A DNA stretch of 51,561 nucleotides, from NCBI GenBank assembly GCA_947645535.1, contig CANSDD010000001.1:1-51561 (forward strand), written 5' to 3'. Of the stretch, positions 25,525 to 33,983 are shown piece after piece. The DNA comes from an uncultured Mycoplasmatota bacterium (GTDB lineage Bacteria > Bacillota_I > Bacilli_A > RF39 > UBA660). The notes beneath the pieces are model-generated. The model did no database searches, was not told where the DNA came from, and saw only the letters and a list, made by a program, of their open reading frames with translations. A program made the translations under genes and the position numbers. How positions within the stretch are numbered: position 1 is the stretch's first letter; every line of letters starts with the position of its first letter.

Positions 25525-25559
25525 AATGTTACTTATAATAGTCATTATTTTTAGATATT
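25525..25559 (+). repeat. Copy A of a shared ~35-nt intergenic motif
   Basis: AATGTTACTTAT, then 3 nt, then AGTCATTATTTT. The same two 12-mers recur in the same order at 33855-33884. Confidence 0.55.
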
Positions 25560-25630
25560 ATACTTTTGTTAAAAAGTAGAATATAATGAATATAGAAACG
25601 AAGAAGAAAGTTTCAAAGGAGGAATGGAAT

Positions 25631-26389
25631 ATGAAATTTGATGCTAAATGCGAAAAAGAAAGAATTGTTTCTTTTATTAGAAATTATTACAAAGAAAATA
25701 ACTTAGGTGGAGCAATCCTTGGAATTAGTGGTGGAAAAGATAGTGGAGTTGTTGCTGGACTATTTGTAGAAGCTTTAGGAAGTGAAAATGTAATTGGAGT
25801 AACACTTCCATGTCATTCAGTAGAAACTGATAGAAATGATGCCAAATTAGTAAGTGATTATTATAACTTTCCACTTTACAATTTTGATTTAACAGGAGTA
25901 TTTAATGAATTTAAAACGGAATTAGAAAAAATTGGAACATTTACAGAGGAAGAAGCTAAAGATAGTGATATTAACTTAAAACCACGTCTTAGAATGTCTA
26001 CATTATATTATTTAGCTGCTTTATTTTCTAAAGTAAATGGAAAAACTTATTTAGTAGCAGGTACTAGTAATAAATGTGAACTTTATGTAGGATATTTTAC
26101 TAAGGGCGGAGATAGTGTACATGATATTTTGCCACTTGCTGATTTTACAGTAGATGAAGTGATTGCTTTAGGAGAAGAATTACATGTCCCAGAACCTGTT
26201 TTATATAAAGCTCCAAATGATGGCTTGTCTAATAAAACAGATGAAGATAAATTAGGAGTAACTTATAAAGCAATTGCAGATTATATGGAAAATCCTAATT
26301 CTGTATCAGAGCAAGACAGAAAAACAATAGAAAGATTACATAAAAATAATGCTCATAAATTTAATATCCCAACGTATAGGAGAGAATAA
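25631..26389 (+). CDS. nadE: NH3-dependent NAD+ synthetase
   Basis: AGGAGG RBS before ATG 25631. PP-loop GISGGKDSGV. About 252 aa. Confidence 0.9.
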   Translation: MKFDAKCEKERIVSFIRNYYKENNLGGAILGISGGKDSGVVAGLFVEALGSENVIGVTLPCHSVETDRNDAKLVSDYYNFPLYNFDLTGVFNEFKTELEKIGTFTEEEAKDSDINLKPRLRMSTLYYLAALFSKVNGKTYLVAGTSNKCELYVGYFTKGGDSVHDILPLADFTVDEVIALGEELHVPEPVLYKAPNDGLSNKTDEDKLGVTYKAIADYMENPNSVSEQDRKTIERLHKNNAHKFNIPTYRRE

Positions 26390-26390
26390 T

Positions 26391-27179
26391 ATGAAAAAAG
26401 TAAGACTATTTGTAAATGAAAATGAAAAATCAAGGGAAACTGCAAATGAATTAACAGAACTACTTTATTCTCGTGGATTTACCATAACAGAAGAAAACTA
26501 TGAAATTGCAATTTCAATTGGAGGGGATGGTGCTTTCCTTAGAATGGTAAAAGAAACGGATTTTGATCCTAGTATTTATTATATTGGAATCCATACAGGT
26601 ACATTAGGCTTTTTACCAGAAGTACTACCAAATGAATTAAAAGAATTTGTTTCTTATTTAGAATATGGTGATTACAAAGTGAATGAAGTAGGAGTATTAG
26701 AAACAATAGTAGAATGTAAAAAAGATAGTAAACATTTTATTTCATTAAATGAAATTGTTGTTCGTGATTCTTTACTAAATAGTCTTACGCTAGATATTAA
26801 ATTAGAAAATGAGTTATTAGAACGTTTCAAAGGAGATGGAATGTTAGTATCTACTTCTATTGGTTCTACTGCTTATAATTTATCATTTGGAGGAAGTATG
26901 GTTTATTTTAAACTACACACACTCCAATTAACACCAATTGCACCTTTTAATAGTAATAGTTATCGAAATTTGCAAAATTCAGTTATCATTCCAGAATATG
27001 TTCCTATTGAGATGATGCCAGTAGAAAAAAATGATTTATTGTTAACAATAGATGGAGAAAATCACTATATAAAAGGTGTAACAAAGATTAATACAAAAGT
27101 TGGTAATAAAAAAATAAAACGATTACGTTATCATAATGTTCCATTTAGTAAAATTATTAAAGAAAAGTTTTTAGGGTAG
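26391..27179 (+). CDS. nadK: NAD kinase
   Basis: GGDGAFL, NEIVV and GDGMLVSTSIGSTAYNLSFGG motifs. It starts 1 nt after the nadE stop. Confidence 0.9.
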   Translation: MKKVRLFVNENEKSRETANELTELLYSRGFTITEENYEIAISIGGDGAFLRMVKETDFDPSIYYIGIHTGTLGFLPEVLPNELKEFVSYLEYGDYKVNEVGVLETIVECKKDSKHFISLNEIVVRDSLLNSLTLDIKLENELLERFKGDGMLVSTSIGSTAYNLSFGGSMVYFKLHTLQLTPIAPFNSNSYRNLQNSVIIPEYVPIEMMPVEKNDLLLTIDGENHYIKGVTKINTKVGNKKIKRLRYHNVPFSKIIKEKFLG

Positions 27180-27187
27180 GTGAAAAG

Positions 27188-27766
27188 ATGAAAATTGGTA
27201 TATTTGGAGGAAGTTTTAATCCTCCACATAAAATGCATGAGAGAATGGCAAGAGAATTGATTCAAAAAAAGATTTTGGATAAAATAATTTTTGTTCCAAC
27301 AGGAAATAAGTATCAAAAAAAAGAACTGATAGATGGAGAATATAGACTTGCTATGTTAAATATTATTGCTTCTAAATATTCATCTTTTAATGTATCTGAC
27401 TTTGAATTAAAAAATGAACTTACTTACACTTATCAAACACTTGAATATTTTAAAGAAAAGTATCCAAATGATGAGATATATTTTATATTAGGTGCTGATA
27501 ATTTATCAGATATTAAAAATTGGAAAAATTATGAATATTTGTTAGAACATTATTATTTTGTCGTAATCAATAGAGGAAATGCTAAAATGAAACTGTTAGA
27601 AGAATACAAAGATTATGAAAGTCATATTGTTTTTGCGCCAATAGCTCAAGATTCCCTTTCTTCGACACAAATTCGCTATTGGTTAAAAAATCATGAAGAG
27701 CATGCATTGCTAGAATTAGATGGTGATGTACTTGAGTATATCAAGAAAAATAAATTATATGAGTAA
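27188..27766 (+). CDS. nadD: Nicotinate-nucleotide adenylyltransferase
   Basis: The GIFGGSFNPPHKMH (H/T)xGH-type motif and a C-terminal SSTQIR motif. Confidence 0.9.
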   Translation: MKIGIFGGSFNPPHKMHERMARELIQKKILDKIIFVPTGNKYQKKELIDGEYRLAMLNIIASKYSSFNVSDFELKNELTYTYQTLEYFKEKYPNDEIYFILGADNLSDIKNWKNYEYLLEHYYFVVINRGNAKMKLLEEYKDYESHIVFAPIAQDSLSSTQIRYWLKNHEEHALLELDGDVLEYIKKNKLYE

Positions 27767-27819
27767 AAATTATGGATTATTTTTAAAAGAGTATGATAAG
27801 ATAAAATAGAGGTGTTAAT

Positions 27820-28302
27820 ATGTTAGAAAAAGCAGAAAAAGTAGTAAAATTGTTAATAGAAAGAAAAGAACAAATAGCAACTATGGAGTCTTGTACTGGA
27901 GGCGGACTTGCAAATATGATAACCAATATTTCAGGAGCAAGTGAGGTGTTGCTGTTTAGTGCTATAACTTACTCTAATGAATATAAAATTAAAATGGGAG
28001 TACCAGCAGAAACAATCGATGAATTTACCGTTTATAGTATGGAAACTGCTACTGAAATGGCCAAAACAATCTCTTTCTTTGCGCGTTCTGATTATGGAGT
28101 AGGTATTACAGGAAAACTAAAGCGAAGTGATCCAAATAATATTACAGAAAATGATGATTTGGTCTATTTTGCTATCTATGACCAAAAGAATAATTGTTGT
28201 TATACAGACTCTTTATATGTAACAAAAGATGAACGATATCAAAATAAAGATATGGTAATAGAGAAAATATTAGAAAGTTTAGAAGAAATATTAAATAAAT
28301 AA
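27820..28302 (+). CDS. pncC: CinA C-terminal domain protein / nicotinamide-nucleotide amidase
   Basis: The ATMESCTGGGLANMITNISGAS motif of the CinA-C/PncC family. 160 aa, stand-alone. Confidence 0.8.
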   Translation: MLEKAEKVVKLLIERKEQIATMESCTGGGLANMITNISGASEVLLFSAITYSNEYKIKMGVPAETIDEFTVYSMETATEMAKTISFFARSDYGVGITGKLKRSDPNNITENDDLVYFAIYDQKNNCCYTDSLYVTKDERYQNKDMVIEKILESLEEILNK

Positions 28303-28330
28303 AATGAAAAAATTTGTAAATAATAATAAA

Positions 28331-28367
28331 AAAAACTGTTAGAAGTTATATGAACTAACAGTTTTTT
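28331..28367. terminator. Bidirectional terminator
   Basis: An A-run, ctgttag (28336-28342) pairing with ctaacag (28355-28361), then T6. Confidence 0.7.
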
Positions 28368-28722
28368 AAGCGAAAAATGTTGGACCAGCATCAGAAGAAA
28401 AATTTATTTCAGAAGTTGTTTTTTCGCTTTGAATATTACTATTATTGGCTACAGGTGTTTGTGGTTGTGTATTAGTAGGAGTATCTACTTTTTTAAATTC
28501 ATTCATTACACGGAACATTGTTTTTGCATTTCTCATCATTGGAGATACTTGTTTTACAACTGGAATAGCTTGATTTACAAAATTTAACGTTTTTTGAGCT
28601 CCATTTAAAAGAGTAGAAAAACTGAATCCTCTAGAACCTAAAACACCACCTAAAATTCCATTTGTTGTAGGATTTGCCATACTTGTATAAGGATAGAGAA
28701 AATAAGGGTTATAGTAATTCAT
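28366..28722 (-). CDS. yqfQ: VrrA/YqfQ-family protein
   Basis: AAGGAG RBS before ATG 28722. TLLNGAQKTLNFVNQAIPVVKQVSPMMRNAKTMFRVMNEFKK matches the conserved core of YqfQ as I remember it. Confidence 0.6.
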   Translation of the reverse strand: MNYYNPYFLYPYTSMANPTTNGILGGVLGSRGFSFSTLLNGAQKTLNFVNQAIPVVKQVSPMMRNAKTMFRVMNEFKKVDTPTNTQPQTPVANNSNIQSEKTTSEINFSSDAGPTFFA

Positions 28723-28843
28723 ACTAGTACTCCTTTCTAAGATATTATATGAAATTGTCAAAAAAAGTTTTACAAATTTAAAATATGTGATATAATTTTA
28801 ATAGTGTAAAAGAGTAGAGGAGATTGGAAGGTGTTTATTTGTT

Positions 28844-30730
28844 ATGAATAATCCAATACTAAAAATTGTAATGATGCCATTGTTGATGGTGAAATGGTGC
28901 TGTTTAGGATTCTTTTTTACTATGTGGTTTTTTATTTCTTGTGTCGTAACAGGAATTACATTTGTATCGTATGGTGTTTATCGTGTTGTGAAAGTGATTG
29001 CAGGGATAGTTGGAAAAATTATTATTTATCCGTCGCTTTTGATTTACAAAATTATCAGTTTCCCTTTTAGGGCGATATCTGGAACTTCTGGTAAAAGTGC
29101 TGAGCAAATCCAAGCTCAAAAAGAACAGAGAAAAGTAGAACAAGCTCAAAAATTAGAGGCTAAAAAGTTAGAAAAAGCAAAAGCATTACAAGAAAAACAT
29201 GCTAGGATAGAAAAAGAAAAAGCAGAAAAAGCAAGAATTACAGAAGAACGAGAAAAATTGAAAAAACGCTCAAATGAATCTTATGTTAACGAAAATGCTA
29301 AACGTGAAAAGAAAACTATGGGTGAAAAAATCAATGATGCACTAGTGCATATGGGACAAACACCTAAGAGAATGGTGCAAAATACAAAAAAACGTTGGAA
29401 TAATTTAACGTTTGTCAAAAACGCAAGAAATAAAAAAGATATCAATAGACAAGCTTTATTAATCAACTTTGAAGGTGAAGATGCAAAAAAATCCGATAAA
29501 AAGCTGATGTATCAATATGAAGGTAAAAATGCAGATGGAAAAGTTGTAAGAGGATACTTTGAAGCATATTCAAAAGTAGAAGTTCATTCCTTCTTATTAA
29601 GTGAAGGGTTTGAAGTATATAGTATTAAAACCAATAAATTGATACAATTATTACATAGTAATGCTGCAGGTAGTACAGTAAAAGTAAAAACAAAAGATTT
29701 AATTTTCTTTTTAACACAATTATCAACTTATATAAAAGCTGGTATTCCATTAGTAGATGCTCTTAAAATATTGACAAAACAATTTAAAAACAAAACATAT
29801 CAACGTATTTTTAGAGCTATGGTTTATGATTTGACAATGGGAGAGAGTTTCTCATCAGCATTAGAAAAACAAGGTACTGCTTTCCCTAGATTACTTATCA
29901 ATATGGTGAAAGCTTCAGAAATGACTGGTGAACTACCAGAAGCACTTGATGATATGGCAGATTATTATACTGAATCAGAAAGAACTAGAAAACAAATGAT
30001 TAGTGCAATGATGTATCCTAGTATTGTATTCGTTGTTGCAGTAGCAGTAGTGACATTTATTCTTTTATATGTTGTTCCTAAATTTGTAGATATTTATAAG
30101 ACAATGGATGAAAGTTCAATTCCAGGTTATACAAGATTTGTATTAAGTGTTAGTGATTTCTTACAAAATCATTTTATGTGGATATTAGTTGGAATTATTA
30201 TAACAATATTGGTGTTAAAATACTTATATGCTAATGTTAAAGTAATTCGTACAATGTTGCAATGGATTATCATGCATCTTCCTGTATTTGGAAATGTTAT
30301 CATTTATAACGAAGTTACAATGTTTACAAAAACTTTTAGTTCTTTATTAGCGCATAATGTATTTATTACAGATAGTATGGAAGTATTAAATAAAATTACA
30401 AATAATGAAATATTTAAAATGTTAATATTAGATACAATTACAAACTTAGCTAAAGGTGAAAAGATATCTGAAGCATTTAAAGATCAATGGGCTTTCCCTC
30501 TACCAGCATATGAGATGATAGTAACTGGTGAGAGAACAGGACAATTAGCAGAAATGATGGCAAAAGTATCTAGTTATTATCAAGATTTACATGCAAATGC
30601 AGTAACAAGAATCAAGGCTTTCTTAGAGCCAGCACTTATTGTTTCATTAACAGTTGTTGTTGGGTTTATCGTATTAGCAGTTGTTATACCAATGTTTAGT
30701 ATGTATGATTTAATTCAAACAGGAGTATAG
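28844..30730 (+). CDS. pilC: Type IV pilus / T2SS platform protein (GspF/PilC/ComGB family) with a ~200-aa N-terminal extension
   Basis: Two T2SSF-type repeats (LTQLSTYIKAGIPLVDAL.. and FTKTFSSLLAHNVFITDSM..). The canonical N-domain starts near YQYEGKNADGKVVRGYFEA, at about aa 222. Total length is 628 aa. Confidence 0.85.
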   Translation: MNNPILKIVMMPLLMVKWCCLGFFFTMWFFISCVVTGITFVSYGVYRVVKVIAGIVGKIIIYPSLLIYKIISFPFRAISGTSGKSAEQIQAQKEQRKVEQAQKLEAKKLEKAKALQEKHARIEKEKAEKARITEEREKLKKRSNESYVNENAKREKKTMGEKINDALVHMGQTPKRMVQNTKKRWNNLTFVKNARNKKDINRQALLINFEGEDAKKSDKKLMYQYEGKNADGKVVRGYFEAYSKVEVHSFLLSEGFEVYSIKTNKLIQLLHSNAAGSTVKVKTKDLIFFLTQLSTYIKAGIPLVDALKILTKQFKNKTYQRIFRAMVYDLTMGESFSSALEKQGTAFPRLLINMVKASEMTGELPEALDDMADYYTESERTRKQMISAMMYPSIVFVVAVAVVTFILLYVVPKFVDIYKTMDESSIPGYTRFVLSVSDFLQNHFMWILVGIIITILVLKYLYANVKVIRTMLQWIIMHLPVFGNVIIYNEVTMFTKTFSSLLAHNVFITDSMEVLNKITNNEIFKMLILDTITNLAKGEKISEAFKDQWAFPLPAYEMIVTGERTGQLAEMMAKVSSYYQDLHANAVTRIKAFLEPALIVSLTVVVGFIVLAVVIPMFSMYDLIQTGV

Positions 30731-30751
30731 AGACGTAGAGGAGTAGATAAA

Positions 30752-31528
30752 ATGGAAATATATTATATGATTACATTCTTTATATTAGGAACTATCTTTG
30801 GTTCCTTCTATAATGTTGTTGGATATCGCTTACCGAAGGGAGAATCAATTATGTTTCCTCCTTCGCATTGTACCAATTGCAATCATAGGTTAGGACCATT
30901 AGAATTAATTCCTATTGTCTCTTTTTTTATACAAGGAAGAAAGTGTAAAAGCTGTCATCAAAAAATATCATGGTTTTATTCATTCTTTGAATTTAGTTGT
31001 GGGGGGTTATTTGCTTTATCTTACTTAATTTTTGGTTTATCATTAGATTTGCTAATTGCTTTAACATTTATATCTATGCTTTCTATTATTGTATTAAGTG
31101 ATTATGAATATATGATTATTCCAGATGAAGTTCTTATCTTTTTTGGAATTACACTTATTATAGAGTTTTTCTTTAAAGATGGATTGCAAGCTACAGGGAT
31201 GCATATTTTAAGTGGAATGCTTGCTTTCTTTACGATGTGGGGAATAAAAAAGCTTGGAGATTTATTATTTAAGAAAGAGTCAATGGGTGGAGGAGATATA
31301 AAGCTAATGTTTGTCTTTGGTTTAGTATTAGGTTATCCACTTGCAATTTTATCTATTTTTTTAGGATCTATTATAGGGCTTCCTATTTCACTGATTATGG
31401 TATCTAAAAATTCAAATCACGAAATACCATTTGGACCTTTTTTAAGTATTGGTGCATTAGTTCTATTTTTATTGCAGATTGATTTTAATAATTTAATAGA
31501 TGCCATGAATTATTTAAATATATTTTAA
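30752..31528 (+). CDS. pilD: Prepilin peptidase (A24 family)
   Basis: An N-terminal Cys-rich CxxC..CxxC segment, the GGGDIKL active-site motif, and multiple TM helices. Confidence 0.9.
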   Translation: MEIYYMITFFILGTIFGSFYNVVGYRLPKGESIMFPPSHCTNCNHRLGPLELIPIVSFFIQGRKCKSCHQKISWFYSFFEFSCGGLFALSYLIFGLSLDLLIALTFISMLSIIVLSDYEYMIIPDEVLIFFGITLIIEFFFKDGLQATGMHILSGMLAFFTMWGIKKLGDLLFKKESMGGGDIKLMFVFGLVLGYPLAILSIFLGSIIGLPISLIMVSKNSNHEIPFGPFLSIGALVLFLLQIDFNNLIDAMNYLNIF

Positions 31529-31558
31529 AAAGTGCGTATTTGCACTTTTTTCTTTTTT
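31527..31558 (+). terminator. Intrinsic terminator of pilC-pilD
   Basis: aaaagtgc pairs with gcactttt, followed by a T-rich tail. Confidence 0.7.
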
Positions 31559-31594
31559 CTGCTATAATAATCACTCGAAAGAAGGGGAAATATT

Positions 31595-32440
31595 ATGGAA
31601 TTAAAAAAAATAGTTTTAGAAGAAGAAGCCGAAATTATTAGAAAAGGAGATAATGAAGAAGCTTTTGCGAATCTTCAAGAAGCAGAAATTTATTTAAAAA
31701 ATTTAATCAATAATAGAGATCATTATATCGAAAGTAAGTTTAAAAGAAAAATAGGTGAGGGTTCTTATTGGAGATCGATTGCGGTTATAATTCTAGCTCT
31801 TGTTGGAGCTATAGCTGGTTTGGACTACGCGGATTTTAACCAGATTAGCTTGATACAAGGTAGTTTACTTGGAGTAGGAATACCTTGCACACCAATCGTA
31901 CTATATGATGGCTTGAAAAGATTTTTTTCAAAACGAAATGCAGTCAAAGAAGTAGATTCTGATATTAATGCATTAAAAGTAAAATGTGGATATGTCAATG
32001 AAGATGAAACAGTATTAGAAGAAATTAAAACAGTAGCAAAAAAATCTGAAGTAGCAACTACAACAGTAGATACCTTTATTGCGAATATACGTGATGATGT
32101 ATATAGAATTACAAATACTAGATATCCAGGTTGTGAACAAGATTTAAAAGAACTTTGTACATTAGCAGAGGATTATTTAGAATTTAAAAGAAAACTTGGT
32201 ACTACTAGCGATTCATATGCGTTAGCGCAAAACTCTAGTTATTTTGATCGATTATTGACAATAGAATCGAGAATTACACAAAATGAAAAAGTAAAAAGAG
32301 ATCAAGAAGCAAATATGCAAGTAATAGATAAAATAAAAGAAGAATTACAAAAAGAGAGAATGAGTTTAGCGCAGATAAAGGAACCTACAGAAAAAGAAAC
32401 AAAAAATAATAATCCACAGTTAACATTAGGAGGTAAATAA
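31595..32440 (+). CDS. Hypothetical membrane protein with a coiled-coil C-terminal domain
   Basis: AAGGGG RBS, a TGcTATAAT promoter just upstream, and two hydrophobic segments (WRSIAVIILALVGAIAGL, LIQGSLLGVGIPCTPIVL). Confidence 0.6.
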   Translation: MELKKIVLEEEAEIIRKGDNEEAFANLQEAEIYLKNLINNRDHYIESKFKRKIGEGSYWRSIAVIILALVGAIAGLDYADFNQISLIQGSLLGVGIPCTPIVLYDGLKRFFSKRNAVKEVDSDINALKVKCGYVNEDETVLEEIKTVAKKSEVATTTVDTFIANIRDDVYRITNTRYPGCEQDLKELCTLAEDYLEFKRKLGTTSDSYALAQNSSYFDRLLTIESRITQNEKVKRDQEANMQVIDKIKEELQKERMSLAQIKEPTEKETKNNNPQLTLGGK

Positions 32441-32454
32441 TAATACCTCTTTTT
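32430..32454 (+). terminator. Intrinsic terminator
   Basis: gaggta pairs with tacctc, followed by T5. Confidence 0.6.
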
Positions 32455-32541
32455 GATGTGATTATTATTAAATTTATAATTTTTATTGTATAATTTATGT
32501 ATAAGAGATTTTACGATTAGAATTAAAGATGGAGGTAAGTA

Positions 32542-32950
32542 ATGGATAATAAATTACTTAAAGAGGAAAATAAATAATATATTCATCAATATCAACGAAT
32601 TCGTTATTACCAGTAGAAGTAAGGTTTATAGTGCTGTGAATACTGAAATATTGGAAAAGTGATAATGGAAATTCAAAAGGGTGATGAAAAAGCAAGTTAT
32701 GGGGATGAGGTTTTAGAAAAATTATCACAAAAATTGACTGAGGAATTTGGTAAAGGTTTTTCTAAAAGAAATTTAGAAAGAATGAGAAAGTTTTATATAA
32801 ATGAAACAATTAATTCTAGATGGAGTGTTAGAGAACTTCAAAGACAAAGAGATTCGCTTATTGTATGAAAGACTATCATTATCTGCTGATAAAGAAAAAA
32901 GATTGCGAGTAATTTTCGAATACAAAACAATTGAAGCGATAGTATTTTAG
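32542..32950 (+). pseudogene. Degraded N-terminal fragment of a YhcG/DUF1016-family (PDDEXK nuclease) gene
   Basis: GGAGGT RBS and ATG 32542. Family-typical segments are spread over three frames: SRSKVYSAVNTEIL, QKGDEKASYGDEVLEKLSQKLTEEFGKGFSKRNLERMRKFY, WSVRELQRQ and LLYERLSLSADKE. Part of the interior and the whole nuclease domain are missing. Confidence 0.7.
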
Positions 32951-33055
32951 ATATAATATTTTTATATTATTAAGTATACTGATTGGTATATTTGATTTTT
33001 TATTATCAAAGTATATAATAAATTTTAGTTTGGTGATATAATTAAATATGCAGTA

Positions 33056-33589
33056 TTGGAACTGAAAAAAAGAGGTGGTTGGTCAGTAGGATATGAAGAT
33101 ATTACGCAAGGTTTTATAGTTTCAAAATGTTACGTGATGGAGAGTAATATAGTATATCATTCTGATGGAAGTAATGAAATAACTCATAAAGTAGTATTCC
33201 CTTTTGAAAATATTTCGTGTTTTGGAGCGAATGATAGGCAAATTTTAGGTAATGAAAATATACCTTATTACGATGCTTGCAATAACCCAAGGCCAGTTAA
33301 TGTAGTTACAAATTTATTTGATTCATATGAAGAAGCGAAAATTGTTGCCGAAGAAAGAAATGGAAAACTAAAAAATAATTTAATATTTGAAGTGGAAATG
33401 TCAGAACCAGATTGGAAGGAAACGTTAGAAAAATTAGAAAAAAAATTTGATAAAAGATTGGAATTATGTTATTTATTCGAACAATTAGTATTAGAAAAAA
33501 CTAGCGATATGAAAATAAGCAAACAATTATCTACTAGTGGACAAAAAAACTTTGTGAAAATTTTAGAACCAATGAGAAAGCAAGTATAA
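33056..33589 (+). CDS. Orphan hypothetical protein
   Basis: TTG start without an SD, and TGaTATAAT at 33034-33042. No motif recognised, and the start is uncertain. Confidence 0.4.
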   Translation: MELKKRGGWSVGYEDITQGFIVSKCYVMESNIVYHSDGSNEITHKVVFPFENISCFGANDRQILGNENIPYYDACNNPRPVNVVTNLFDSYEEAKIVAEERNGKLKNNLIFEVEMSEPDWKETLEKLEKKFDKRLELCYLFEQLVLEKTSDMKISKQLSTSGQKNFVKILEPMRKQV

Positions 33590-33608
33590 TTTTGATTAAA
33601 TTCAGGAT

Positions 33609-33636
33609 AAATTTATCAACTAACAAAAAAATAAGC
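33609..33636 (+). repeat. Direct repeat, left copy (AAATTTATCA[A/T]CTAACAAAAA)
   Basis: It matches 33902-33927 at 20 of the first 21 positions and again in the final aagc. Confidence 0.45.
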
Positions 33637-33671
33637 CGCGGCATAATATTTGATAAAGGTAGTGATGTGTC

Positions 33672-33767
33672 ATGACAAGGAAACCAAAAGAATTAATGAA
33701 AATAATAGAATTATTTGGCGAAGAAGATTTTATAGAAGAGAAAGAAGAATTACCAATAAATGCATAA
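33672..33767 (+). CDS. Possible 31-aa acidic mini-protein
   Basis: ATG 33672 gives MTRKPKELMKIIELFGEEDFIEEKEELPINA. The stop lies in the loop of a 13-bp terminator hairpin. The SD is weak. Confidence 0.3.
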   Translation: MTRKPKELMKIIELFGEEDFIEEKEELPINA

Positions 33768-33784
33768 TTTATTGGTAATTTTTA
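33749..33784 (+). terminator. Strong hairpin terminator
   Basis: attaccaataaat pairs with atttattggtaat (13 bp), followed by a T-run. Confidence 0.65.
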
Positions 33785-33854
33785 TGAAAATACAAGTTAT
33801 ATTGTAGACATCAGAAAAGAAACATCTGTCAAGTAAATTTTAAATATTTGTAAT

Positions 33855-33890
33855 AATGTTACTTATTATCTTAGTCATTATTTTAGTATT
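33855..33890 (+). repeat. Copy B of the shared ~35-nt intergenic motif
   Basis: AATGTTACTTAT, then 6 nt, then AGTCATTATTTT. See copy A at 25525-25559. Confidence 0.55.
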
Positions 33891-33901
33891 TTTGAAGTAT
33901 G

Positions 33902-33927
33902 AAATTTATCATCTAACAAAAACAAGC
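33902..33927 (+). repeat. Direct repeat, right copy
   Basis: See 33609-33636. Confidence 0.45.
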
Positions 33928-33960
33928 ACTTTAATTATTTGTAATGCAGTATATTGTAAA

Positions 33961-33983
33961 GAAAAAGAATGCATTTGCATTCT
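33961..33983 (-). terminator. Terminator of pilB
   Basis: agaatgc pairs with gcattct and overlaps the TAG stop. There is a T-run on the minus strand. Confidence 0.6.

Noticed and set aside
21692-28302. Interpreting the NAD cluster as a phage-type NAD reconstitution (anti-defence) cassette or as part of an NAD-depleting defence system.
   Set aside because: All recognisable enzymes are the standard bacterial Preiss-Handler and recycling set. There are no SIR2, TIR or other NADase-type effector motifs, no phage genes and no mobility genes nearby. A housekeeping salvage locus is the default, with the two unknown ORFs left as the open question.
31595-33070. Relatedness of ORFs 31595 and 33056, because both begin M-E-L-K-K.
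   Set aside because: The similarity stops after five residues, and the rest of the proteins do not align. It is a coincidence of A-rich codons.
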